A stretch of 64,000 nt of DNA from Bacteriovoracia bacterium (GTDB lineage Bacteria; Bdellovibrionota; UBA1018; CAIPTA01): contig JBFWVL010000006.1 of the NCBI GenBank assembly GCA_050246755.1, forward strand, positions 155,743 to 219,742. The letters are read 5' to 3'. The notes under the pieces were generated by a model. That model had not been told where the DNA came from, ran no database searches, and worked only from the letters and a program-made list of their open reading frames with translations. Position numbers and translations under genes: made by a program. Shown in pieces: positions 29,009 through 38,106 of this stretch; within the stretch, counting starts at the first letter, position 1, and every line of letters starts with the position of its first letter.

Positions 29009-30565
29009 CTAGATCTTACTATTGCTGAGCCCGTGCACTACGCAGCCTTTTTTCAGACAGCGTGAAACGGTGGAGCGCACGCGCGTGAAAAGATTGCTGC
29101 TGTTTTTGCCTTCGATGCCGGCGGCGGAATCCTGCACGCTGGCGAGCTTACGCGAACCCGCGCCGCTGTCTTCGTTATAGTTTCCGTTCGGCGTGTATTC
29201 ATTTTTATCGGCGTCTTTGAAGCCGGCGAGTAAATCGTTCACGGCTTCGTCGGTTTCCGAGCGGCTCATATTGAACTCGTTCGAGCTTCCGCTACCTGAA
29301 GCAAACGTTAGGGGCTCGAGGGTAGCACCTTCGCGTAAGAGCGCGTTCCCTTTGCCTTCTTCTTTAGTATTCGCGTGGCTTACGGCAGAGGCCGCGGGCA
29401 TATCATCGTCCTCGCCGCCCGCGCCGGCGCTCAAGAGCTTTTTCTTGAGCGAGTCGCGCAGGGAGGTATCGGCTGCGCGGGATGCGGAGCTCGAAACTTC
29501 CACGTCGGATTCTTTTCCGCCCGGAAGGATATTTCCGGTGGAAGCGAATTTGGAGCGCTCGCTATTGCTGGTATCGGAGCCGTTTGCCTTCATGGGCTCT
29601 AAATTGTTGGCGGCGCCGGGCGCATTGAGGTCCGTGCCATTAGTGGCCACTTCGGAGATCGAGCCGCTGGTATCTACGGGCGTAGGAGTAGAAGTGCCTT
29701 GGGTGAGGCCGCTAACGGCGGTGGCTGCTTGGGCGGCCTGGGTGAGGGTGCCTAAGGTATTGCCGCCCTTGCTATCGCTCTTCGTTTCTCCGAAATTGAA
29801 GGTGTTTTTGTCGTTGGTCGCCGCTTTGGCCGTCAGCGAAGTGGATGCCGCGGACATCTGATTCTTTTGGTACGCCGAACCCAGGCGCACTTCTTCGGCG
29901 TTTAGGTAGGTGGCCGTGGCGTCGTAGGCATCGGCGTACTGGTCATTGCCCATATCGGCATTGCTCTGAAGGCTTTTCCAGGCCTCATCGATTTTTTTCA
30001 TCGCCTGCAGATATTGCTGGGCGGAACTTACGCCCGAATAGCTGGAGTTGGCGAAGTCGGAGAGAATTTTTTTCAAAATCGGACGTTTCTCTGGTTTCAC
30101 TTTTTTGTCGTCGTCGAGCACGAGCTTGATGGCCTCTTCGCTGCGGTTCTTTCCCTTGGTAGCCAGTTTATTGGTGGCCTCTAGCTCGGAGGCAGCGGTG
30201 AGGGTGGCGGTGTTCCCAGTGGTATTCGCATTTTTCGCGCTCTTGAAGTCTGCGGTTTGTTCTGCAAGGTGATCGCTGTTCTTTACGCTGATGGCGCAAG
30301 TGGCGCGCACCGATTTTCGGTGCTGTTCCACGGCTTTTCTTACGTCGGCGACCGCGGCTTTGCACTCATCGTAGTTTTCCCAAGTGTTTTCGCAACGATC
30401 GCTTAATTCCTGGCGCTTGGATCTTTCGGAGCCGCGAGTAATGGTTTTATCTACACATTCTTCTATGGTTTCGGCCTGAGCGAAGCTGGGCAGAAACGCG
30501 GCGAGCGCTAAGCTTGCTAGGAATAGGGTTACGAAGCCATTCGTTTCACGGATTTGAGTTTTCAT
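29009..30565 (-). CDS. Secreted array protein 2
   Basis: Signal peptide ending SFAQA; ends NLFTRVRSTVSRCLKKGCVVHGLSNSKI; start overlaps the upstream stop. Confidence 0.8.
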   Translation of the reverse strand: MKTQIRETNGFVTLFLASLALAAFLPSFAQAETIEECVDKTITRGSERSKRQELSDRCENTWENYDECKAAVADVRKAVEQHRKSVRATCAISVKNSDHLAEQTADFKSAKNANTTGNTATLTAASELEATNKLATKGKNRSEEAIKLVLDDDKKVKPEKRPILKKILSDFANSSYSGVSSAQQYLQAMKKIDEAWKSLQSNADMGNDQYADAYDATATYLNAEEVRLGSAYQKNQMSAASTSLTAKAATNDKNTFNFGETKSDSKGGNTLGTLTQAAQAATAVSGLTQGTSTPTPVDTSGSISEVATNGTDLNAPGAANNLEPMKANGSDTSNSERSKFASTGNILPGGKESDVEVSSSASRAADTSLRDSLKKKLLSAGAGGEDDDMPAASAVSHANTKEEGKGNALLREGATLEPLTFASGSGSSNEFNMSRSETDEAVNDLLAGFKDADKNEYTPNGNYNEDSGAGSRKLASVQDSAAGIEGKNSSNLFTRVRSTVSRCLKKGCVVHGLSNSKI

Positions 30566-32364
30566 TACCGGATCCCTCCCAAGTTCACTACCAAGAGTCC
30601 CAGCTCTTGGCAGCGTTTGTGCCGCTTGTGCACGCGTACAAATAGAGATTCCGGCAATATCGCAAGGTCGGCGCTTTGAAGGAGGGCCGCATCGCCTTCG
30701 GGATCATTGGAAGTGTATTGGTAGTCGGAAGGAGCCACGGTGGCCGCTTCGGCGTATTCACCGAGAGCTTCGGAAGCGGGAGCCACCGCGCCGCCTATAT
30801 TGGGAGCACCGCCGCCAAAAGCCGCTTCGGGGCCGCCGGTGCCCGCGCCTTCGCCGCCGAAATCGAAAAGGGATTTCATCTGGCCTAGCAGATTTGTTAC
30901 CTCGCCGGCCGCGGAAGTGGTGGAGCGGGAAGAGGGCGCACGGCTCGGCATGGAGCCAAAATCGCCGCCGGTATTCGCGTAGCTTTCGCCAGGGGAGGAT
31001 GTGGTAGGCGCCGCGGTGCCAGCATTCGCGGCACCGCGTTTCAGGGTGCCGGTGCGCGAGGAGCCGTCGGCGCCGAAAGAGCTGGTGAGGCCGGCAGTCA
31101 GGGGAGCAGGATCGGATTTCTTTTCTTCCTTAGTGGCCTCCGCGGCCTTCACGGTGTTTTTGTCTGCGGACGTTTCACTACCGCCAAAGGCGGTGGCGGC
31201 GAGCGGGGGAGGGGCTGCTTTGAGAGAAGGCAGGGTGGGCGGCGGCATCGAGCCGGAACTAGAAGCGCCGCTATTCTTGGCGGCGGCCCCGGCGAGACCG
31301 AGCGCAGCCACCACTGGCAGGGCCGATGATCCGGAGCTGGAAACACCGGGAGAAACCGTGGGAGTTTTATTGGTTATCGCGGCCGTGGCGGCGGTGGCGA
31401 AGGGAGCGGCGGCCAAGGCCTTACCGGTGAGGTCGGGGCTCGCTTCGGTTTTGAGTCTCTCTTCTCTTCTTTTGAGTTCCGCGGATAGGGCGTCTAACTT
31501 ACGTGAAGTATCAATCGATTGGCCCTTGAGGGAGCTCAGCTGGGCCAAGTATTTTTCCACGTTATCGGCGGCGAGATTTTGCTCGTCGATCAGCTTTCCT
31601 TCGGAGGGAGAGTTATTGCGTTTCAGGATCGTGGGGGGCGTATCGCGCGAAACGAACTGCTTATATTCGCTGATCTCGAATCCTCCGGCGTTTTCGAGCT
31701 GATCGGCAGTGAGGAGAGGATTGGCGGCAAGTTTATAGCGATCGCTCTTGAAGGCGTCGCTCGCCCTCACGTTCTGTGCGCGGCGGGCCTTTATTTGATC
31801 GAGCAATTTTTTATCGTCGATTAGGTCTTTGGCGATCGCGCTGAACTTATCTTCTGCTTCTTTTTGTTTGCTATGGAAGGTATCGATGCATTGCTTAACG
31901 GAATCGCCGGTGCTTTTCCTGCAGTCTTCCACCGATTTGGTGACGGCGTCTATTTTTTCGCAATAGCCCGTGTATTCTTTTTTGAGGCGGTTGAAGTGTT
32001 CCTTGATCACGCCGTAGGAATATTCGCAAGCTCCGATCGAGGAGCTGGCGGTGGACAAATCATCGTCGTCGTTTTCAGCGGTGGCTTTCAGGTCGGCTAA
32101 ATGCTGATTCAGCAGTGAGCGCTGGCTTACCGTGCAGCTCTGCTTCAGCTGGTTGGTATAGTCACTGTCGGAAATAGCGGGCGAGAATTTACTCGCGCTA
32201 TCGTTCCTTTCCAAGACGTTGAAGTGGGCCGTGAGCTTGCCTTCACATTCGTTTTTCGAAGGCAGCGATTGGGCATAGGAATAGGAACTAGCGGCTAGGC
32301 ATAGCAGTCCGGCGCGTAAAGAGTTCCGCGCGAGCGAGTTCACGATTTTAACCCCAATAGTCAT
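30565..32364 (-). CDS. Secreted array protein 1
   Basis: Signal peptide ending YSYA; Cys-containing helical domain; ends SLFVRVHKRHKRCQELGLLVVNLGGIR. Confidence 0.8.
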   Translation of the reverse strand: MTIGVKIVNSLARNSLRAGLLCLAASSYSYAQSLPSKNECEGKLTAHFNVLERNDSASKFSPAISDSDYTNQLKQSCTVSQRSLLNQHLADLKATAENDDDDLSTASSSIGACEYSYGVIKEHFNRLKKEYTGYCEKIDAVTKSVEDCRKSTGDSVKQCIDTFHSKQKEAEDKFSAIAKDLIDDKKLLDQIKARRAQNVRASDAFKSDRYKLAANPLLTADQLENAGGFEISEYKQFVSRDTPPTILKRNNSPSEGKLIDEQNLAADNVEKYLAQLSSLKGQSIDTSRKLDALSAELKRREERLKTEASPDLTGKALAAAPFATAATAAITNKTPTVSPGVSSSGSSALPVVAALGLAGAAAKNSGASSSGSMPPPTLPSLKAAPPPLAATAFGGSETSADKNTVKAAEATKEEKKSDPAPLTAGLTSSFGADGSSRTGTLKRGAANAGTAAPTTSSPGESYANTGGDFGSMPSRAPSSRSTTSAAGEVTNLLGQMKSLFDFGGEGAGTGGPEAAFGGGAPNIGGAVAPASEALGEYAEAATVAPSDYQYTSNDPEGDAALLQSADLAILPESLFVRVHKRHKRCQELGLLVVNLGGIR

Positions 32365-32374
32365 CCTAGGGTTC

Positions 32375-32402
32375 TTATCGGACAAAACTGCTCGGATATT
32401 TA
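32375..32402 (-). promoter_or_regulatory. Sigma28-type promoter heading the array
   Basis: TAAA-N16-TCCGATAA. Confidence 0.7.
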
Positions 32403-32479
32403 CTGTTAATTTTGGCCAGAGTTACAAGCGTTTAGGCGCCTAAGCTGGCAATTTTAGGGGGGTTTGCTATTCTCCGGCC

Positions 32480-33811
32480 ATGTTTGATTCCCTTCGCGAG
32501 CGTATCCTTACTCCCATCCGAAATCTCGGTAAGGGGGGGCGTATCACCGAGGAGAGCCTGCAGGAGGCGATGAAAGAAATCCGCCGGGCCCTGCTGGAGG
32601 CCGATGTCCACTTCAAGGTGGTGAAGGAATTCCTCGATCAAGTGCAAAAAGAGGCCGTGGGCCAGGAGCTGATCAAGAGCGTTTCGCCCGGCCAGCAGTT
32701 CGTAAAAATTGTTTATGATGCCCTGGTAAAGTTTCTCGGGGGCACGGAGCAGCTCGGCGGGCTCGAGCTCCGCGCGGCTCCGCCAGTTCCTATTTTGTTG
32801 GTGGGCTTGCAGGGATCGGGAAAGACCACCACGGCCGCCAAGCTCGGCCTACACTATAAGAAAAAAGAAAAAAAGAAGGCTCTGCTCGTGCCCTGCGATC
32901 CGCGGCGTCCGGCGGCCAAAGAGCAGCTCCGTATCCTCGCCAAACAGGCCGATCTGGAATTTTTCGATAGCGATCTTACCCAGCCTCTCAAAAAAATCGT
33001 GGAATCCGCGATGGAAGAAGCCAAGAAGCGCGTGGTGGACATCGTGATCGTAGACACGGCCGGCCGCCTCGCCATCGACGAGGAACTAATGGCCGAGGTG
33101 GCGGAAGTGAAATCCGCGCTCAAGCCCTTCGCCACGATTTTCGTGGCCGATTCCATGACCGGCCAGGATGCCGTGAACGTTGCTCAAGCCTTTAACCAGC
33201 GCACCCCTCTTTCCGGCGTGGTGCTCACCAAGCTCGACGGCGATGCCCGCGGAGGCGCGGCCCTTTCGATTAAGTTTCTCACCGGCCTACCCATTCTTTT
33301 CATGGGAATGGGAGAGGGAATCTCGGCGCTCGAGCCCTTCCATCCTGATAGGCTCGCCAGCCGCATTCTCGACATGGGCGACGTGCTCACCCTCGTGGAA
33401 AAGGCCCAGGAAGTGATCTCGGAGGAGGATGCCCGCGACAGCATGGCCAAGGTTTCCAAGGGCCAGTTCAGCCTCGAAGATTTTCTCGGGCAAATGAAGA
33501 TGATGAAGAAGCTCGGTTCCATGGAAGGCATCATGAAGATGATGCCCGGCGGGAATAAAATGATGGAGCAGCTCAAGGGGGTAGACACGGAGGGGGAGAT
33601 GAAGAAAACCGAAGCCATCATCCTTTCGATGACCAAGGTGGAACGCAAAAACCATAAAGTTCTCAATGGAAATCGACGCTTACGCATCGCCAAGGGCAGC
33701 GGTACCAGCGTAGCCGAAGTGAACCGATTGGTCTCTAAATTCGAGGATGCTCAGCGAATGATGCAGCAGATGGCGAAGATGGGCATCTTCAAGAAAATGA
33801 TGAAGTTCTAG
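32480..33811 (+). CDS. ffh: Signal recognition particle protein
   Basis: GLQGSGKTT, DTAGR, TKLDGDARGGAALS, Met-rich M domain, RIAKGSG. Confidence 0.98.
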   Translation: MFDSLRERILTPIRNLGKGGRITEESLQEAMKEIRRALLEADVHFKVVKEFLDQVQKEAVGQELIKSVSPGQQFVKIVYDALVKFLGGTEQLGGLELRAAPPVPILLVGLQGSGKTTTAAKLGLHYKKKEKKKALLVPCDPRRPAAKEQLRILAKQADLEFFDSDLTQPLKKIVESAMEEAKKRVVDIVIVDTAGRLAIDEELMAEVAEVKSALKPFATIFVADSMTGQDAVNVAQAFNQRTPLSGVVLTKLDGDARGGAALSIKFLTGLPILFMGMGEGISALEPFHPDRLASRILDMGDVLTLVEKAQEVISEEDARDSMAKVSKGQFSLEDFLGQMKMMKKLGSMEGIMKMMPGGNKMMEQLKGVDTEGEMKKTEAIILSMTKVERKNHKVLNGNRRLRIAKGSGTSVAEVNRLVSKFEDAQRMMQQMAKMGIFKKMMKF

Positions 33812-33835
33812 CCGTTTCTCGGCGATACTAGAGCG

Positions 33836-35002
33836 GTGAGGCCGCTTTTTTTCAGCCTGATCTTTCTTTCTCTGGGTGGTACCTACGCGCGGGCGCTTCC
33901 GCCCGTGACGACGGACATCGATGGGCGCGAGCTGGAAAATTCTCTCCAGGCGATCACGAAGGCCATCGTCGCGATTCCCATGGCTGGCAACCCACCTCCG
34001 CTCTATAAAGCTCGTGTATTCCGTAAAGGCCGATTTGCCCCGAGATTGCAGGCCGCGAGCTGCGCCACCGTCGATTTCCACGAAAAGCTCGGGGAGCCGA
34101 GAAACCAGGACGGGCTCAACTGGTGCTTCGGTTCCGTTGCGGCCGATGCCCTTTCGGCGGAAATCGGCCTGCGGGTTTCGGATTTTGATTTGTCTCTCCG
34201 AACCTTCGCGAGCTTTGGTAAGCCATTGGGAAAAAATGAATCGATCACCAAGCTCGCCACCGCTTCCATTAATAAGGCGGTTACCGTGGCGAGGCGCGAT
34301 GGGATCTGCACCGAAGAGAGCCTTCCTTCCAACGACCGGGTGCTAGGCTACTTAGCGGCGGAGATGGAAAGAAATCACAATCCGCTTTCCAGCGTGGAAA
34401 TGGAAGAGTGGGCCGCCACTACTCTCGGCAAAGCCATTCGGTCCCTGGAAGACGTGCGTGGATGGAGCCTGAATCGCTTGGGCGCGGCCGAAGCCACCAC
34501 CTGCGATGTGTATAAATATGCCAGCAGCATGTTCCCAAATTTGGACGAGGCGCAGGTATTCCAGGGAATAACCTCCGCCCAGAGCAACGAGGCGCTGTTT
34601 CAGTGGCTGGTCTCCCTTTCCTGCCGCCGCCAGCCGGTGGTCTTGCCGAAAGGAACCCGCCTGAAGCAATTGCTTCCGCCCGACAACGCTCTCCAGGGGG
34701 CCAAAGGCTTTCATTTACTGGCGTCGATGGACAAGCGGCTCGACAAGAGAAAGCCGGTGATCGTGGGCCTCAACGCGAATCGTTTCGTGCGCGACGAAGG
34801 CAGCGCGCAGCACGCGGCCATCATCGTTGGTCGTGAATTCCGCGACGGCAAATGCAAATATCTCGTACGCAACTCGGCCGGTCCCGGCTGCGGGCAATAC
34901 AAAGATCCTTACGGCGATAAGTATAATTGCTCGCGGGGGCATTTTTGGATCACCGAGGAAGATTTTCACCAGACCGCGGATTTCCTCGAGTTCTTCGAAT
35001 GA
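33836..35002 (+). CDS. Secreted papain-like (C1) cysteine protease
   Basis: Signal peptide; RNQDGLNWCF (Gln/Cys), HAAIIVG (His), VRNSAG (Asn). Confidence 0.75.
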   Translation: MRPLFFSLIFLSLGGTYARALPPVTTDIDGRELENSLQAITKAIVAIPMAGNPPPLYKARVFRKGRFAPRLQAASCATVDFHEKLGEPRNQDGLNWCFGSVAADALSAEIGLRVSDFDLSLRTFASFGKPLGKNESITKLATASINKAVTVARRDGICTEESLPSNDRVLGYLAAEMERNHNPLSSVEMEEWAATTLGKAIRSLEDVRGWSLNRLGAAEATTCDVYKYASSMFPNLDEAQVFQGITSAQSNEALFQWLVSLSCRRQPVVLPKGTRLKQLLPPDNALQGAKGFHLLASMDKRLDKRKPVIVGLNANRFVRDEGSAQHAAIIVGREFRDGKCKYLVRNSAGPGCGQYKDPYGDKYNCSRGHFWITEEDFHQTADFLEFFE

Positions 35003-35433
35003 TCTTTCTGCTCCTGGTGTTTTTTCATGCCGGAGTTTCCCTCGCCGCCGAAAGCGCGCCGCTCTTTCCCGAAAGCCTTACTTGCCTCTCCGAGGGAAAA
35101 ATCCGTTATCTGGAGATGGGAAAATCTAAAGCCGAAATTGGAAAATTCTGTTTCAGCGAAGACCGGTCCTATTTTTTGTCGGAATCTTGCCGCGAAAAAA
35201 AGTGCGCGGCGTTGAAGGCCAGTCTTTCGGAGGTCAAGCACCTCGCCTTAGCGGGCCAAGTGGGCAGCCCGGGTTTCAAGCTTTGCCGGCGCGCCGGGGG
35301 TGTTCCCGAGCTGCTTGATTTCTTCGACGGCAAAAAATGGTGGAGCATGGACCGCTGCCGTTTCGAAGTCGACGGTTCCTTCGTGGATACCGGGATATTG
35401 CTGCGTCTTTGGGGGCAGGCCAAGAAGCCCTAG
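34999..35433 (+). CDS. Small Cys-rich secreted protein
   Basis: ATGA overlap with the protease; signal peptide; 6 Cys; GSPGFKLC...DRCRF..DGSFVD. Confidence 0.7.
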   Translation: MIFLLLVFFHAGVSLAAESAPLFPESLTCLSEGKIRYLEMGKSKAEIGKFCFSEDRSYFLSESCREKKCAALKASLSEVKHLALAGQVGSPGFKLCRRAGGVPELLDFFDGKKWWSMDRCRFEVDGSFVDTGILLRLWGQAKKP

Positions 35434-35613
35434 GCCGCAAAGGCTCCAAAATGGCCTAAACCGACAAAAAACCTCTAAGAACGGCCTGCTTTTCCCCTTG
35501 CTCTTAGCCAGCTGGAGTTTTATACCCAATGTTCTAGTTTTCTGAACCAAACCCGGGCTTTAGGTAGGCAGTGCCATCCATACCGGGAGGCATCTTTTAG
35601 GAGTATCTGTTCG

Positions 35614-35856
35614 ATGGTAACGATTCGTTTGTCCCGCAAAGGTAAGAGAAATTCTCCTTTTTTCCACATCGTAGCTGTGGACCAGAACAAAAAGCGTGAC
35701 GGTGCCGTGTTAGATAAAATCGGTACCTATGATCCCGCTATTGAAAAGGACTCCGAGAAGGTAAAATACAACTCCGAGCTCTACAAAGCCTGGATCGCCA
35801 AGGGCGCCCAACCCTCAGAAACCGTTGTACAAATCCTGAAATCCACTGCAAACTAA
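35614..35856 (+). CDS. rpsP: 30S ribosomal protein S16
   Basis: MVTIRLSRKG...RDG...IGTYDP...GAQPSETV. Confidence 0.97.
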   Translation: MVTIRLSRKGKRNSPFFHIVAVDQNKKRDGAVLDKIGTYDPAIEKDSEKVKYNSELYKAWIAKGAQPSETVVQILKSTAN

Positions 35857-35937
35857 AAGCAATTAGTAGCTTTTAACGCGTTGTTTATCGTTGGCGAGGA
35901 TTGCCGGCGCAGTTGTGTGGATGTTCAGGGAGGACTA

Positions 35938-36189
35938 ATGAAGTCTGCTTCGGAAGAATTAAGAGAACTCATAGAATTCATGGGCCGCGCGCTCGTGGAT
36001 CTTCCCGATCAAGTTCAGGTTAAAAATATCGAAGGCGAACAAACCACCGTTATCGAGCTGAAGGTAGCCAAAGAAGACCTCGGTAAGGTGATCGGCAAAC
36101 AAGGCCGCACTGCCCGCGCTATCCGCACCATCCTCAATGGCGCCTCCACGAAACTCAAAAAGCGCACCGTTCTCGAAATCATCGAGTAG
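35938..36189 (+). CDS. khpA: KH-domain RNA-binding protein KhpA
   Basis: [17 protein letters not shown]; GGAGG SD; position after rpsP. Confidence 0.93.
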   Translation: MKSASEELRELIEFMGRALVDLPDQVQVKNIEGEQTTVIELKVAKEDLGKVIGKQGRTARAIRTILNGASTKLKKRTVLEIIE

Positions 36190-36239
36190 AAATCCCAATT
36201 TCCTTGCTTCCGCCGCGCCGCTCCCTTACCTAAGCTGGT

Positions 36240-36953
36240 ATGCGGATCGACGTGCTAACCCTATTTCCCCAGATGTTTGCCGGCGTGCTCGGAGAGAGCA
36301 TCCTCGGCCGCGCCATCGCTTCGGGCGTACTGGAAGTGAATCTGGTGCAGATCCGCGATTTCGCCAAGGATAAGCACCGCACCGTGGATGACGTGCCCTA
36401 CGGGGGCGGCCCGGGAATGGTGATGAAATACGAGCCTCTCTACGAGGCCTGGCTTTCGGCGATGGAAAAAGACCCCAATAAATCTTCCCAAACCATCCTC
36501 CTTTCTCCCCAGGGGACGCCCCTCAGCCAGCCCCTCCTCGAAGGCTGGGCTAAGGACCTTCCGGGCAGGGAGCGCTTAATCCTCGTCTGTGGGCGCTACG
36601 AGGGGATCGACGAACGTTTTATCGAGGAATGCGTGGACCATGAGGTTTCCCTCGGGGATTTCGTGCTTAGTGGGGGGGAGATCGCGGCCATGGCCCTAAT
36701 CGATGGCCTGATGCGTCTTTTGCCTGGTGCGCTGGGAAATAGCGAAAGCGCTAGCGGGGAAAGCTTTTCTTCGGGTAATGAGGGCCTCCTAGAGTTCCCT
36801 CAATATACTCGTCCGTCTGAAGTGAACGGCAAAAAGGTGCCCGATATCCTGCTTTCGGGCGATCACGCCAAAATCGCCAAATGGCGCCGGGAGCAGAGCC
36901 TAGAGCGCACCCGAAAAAGGCGGCCGGATCTGTTGCCGGGCGGAAAGAAATGA
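36240..36953 (+). CDS. trmD: tRNA (guanine37-N1)-methyltransferase
   Basis: [40 protein letters not shown]. Confidence 0.98.
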   Translation: MRIDVLTLFPQMFAGVLGESILGRAIASGVLEVNLVQIRDFAKDKHRTVDDVPYGGGPGMVMKYEPLYEAWLSAMEKDPNKSSQTILLSPQGTPLSQPLLEGWAKDLPGRERLILVCGRYEGIDERFIEECVDHEVSLGDFVLSGGEIAAMALIDGLMRLLPGALGNSESASGESFSSGNEGLLEFPQYTRPSEVNGKKVPDILLSGDHAKIAKWRREQSLERTRKRRPDLLPGGKK

Positions 36954-36987
36954 TAAGTCTGCCCCCTCTCGAAAAAGCTGAATCATT

Positions 36988-37581
36988 ATGCTAGATATGA
37001 ACCCTTCCGGTTGCAGTGTGTACGTGGCTTTGTTACACCATTCCATGCGCGATAAGAATGGGTTGGTGGTAACCACGGCGGTTACTAACCTCGATATCCA
37101 CGATATCGCACGCTCCTCCCGTACCTACGGGGTGAAGAATTATTTCCTGGTGAATCCGCTCGCGGAGCAACAGGAAGTAGTGAAGCGCATCATGGGCCAT
37201 TGGCAGGGCTCGGGGGGAAGGGATTATAATCCCGATCGCGCCGATGCTTTCGAGCGAGTGAAAGTTGTTTCCTGGTATCAGGATGCGATTCGCGAAATCG
37301 AAGCGATGGAAGGCGAGAAGCCGGAAGTGCTGATGACGAGCGCCCGACGTTCCGAAGGAATGAAATGGCTAAGCTGGTCAGACGCGAGACCTGGGTTCCA
37401 TAGGCCGGGGAGAGCGAAGCTCCTGGTATTCGGAACGGGCTACGGAATGACGGACGAGCTTCTCCGCGATGCGGATTTTGTTCTCGACCCGATCGTGCCG
37501 GAACAAGAGAGTGGGTATAACCACCTCTCGGTGAGATCCGCGGTGGCGATCTCGCTGGATAGATTGCTCGGGCAACGATAA
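36988..37581 (+). CDS. SPOUT-family RNA methyltransferase (TrmD-associated)
   Basis: TAVTNLDIHDIARSSRTYG, FGTGYG, YNHLSVRSAVAI. Confidence 0.9.
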   Translation: MLDMNPSGCSVYVALLHHSMRDKNGLVVTTAVTNLDIHDIARSSRTYGVKNYFLVNPLAEQQEVVKRIMGHWQGSGGRDYNPDRADAFERVKVVSWYQDAIREIEAMEGEKPEVLMTSARRSEGMKWLSWSDARPGFHRPGRAKLLVFGTGYGMTDELLRDADFVLDPIVPEQESGYNHLSVRSAVAISLDRLLGQR

Positions 37582-37653
37582 CCGCTGAGCAGCTATTCGG
37601 TCAGTAATGGCCGAAAGATTTTTTGAACTGATTTTGTTTATTAGGAGTAAGAA

Positions 37654-38094
37654 ATGCACGCATCTAAAGAAGTTTTGGCCGTAGAAAAGCAATATACCCG
37701 CACCAACCTCCCCGAGTTCCGCGCCGGTGATACCATCCGCGTTCACGCTCGTATCAAAGAGGGTGCCGGTAAAGAGCGTATTCAATACGTAGAAGGCGTT
37801 GTGATCCGCAAAGCCGGCAAAGGCGCTACGAAAACCTTTACCCTCCGCAAAATCTCGGGCGGTATCGGCGTAGAAATCATCTACCCCATTAATTCCAAGA
37901 ACGTGGCCAATATCGAGCTGTTGAGCAGCGGTGACGTACGCCGTGCCCGCTTGTTTTACCTCCGCGGCCTCACCGGCAAAGCGGCCAAGCTGAAGAGCAA
38001 AGACACGCTCATTGGCACCCCGGAATCTATGGCCGCCGCCGCCGCATTGTCGAAGGCTCACGCCACCGACAAAGACAAAACGCAGCTCAATTAG
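37654..38094 (+). CDS. rplS: 50S ribosomal protein L19
   Basis: PEFRAGDTIRVH, ERIQ, TFTLRKIS, VRRARLFYLR. Confidence 0.97.
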   Translation: MHASKEVLAVEKQYTRTNLPEFRAGDTIRVHARIKEGAGKERIQYVEGVVIRKAGKGATKTFTLRKISGGIGVEIIYPINSKNVANIELLSSGDVRRARLFYLRGLTGKAAKLKSKDTLIGTPESMAAAAALSKAHATDKDKTQLN

Positions 38095-38106
38095 GCTGGA
38101 CTTAGA

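Noticed and set aside
22513-32100. Many plus-strand Pro/Ala/Ser-rich ORFs over the array
   Set aside because: Antisense shadows of low-complexity minus-strand genes; no SDs or motifs; not immunity genes
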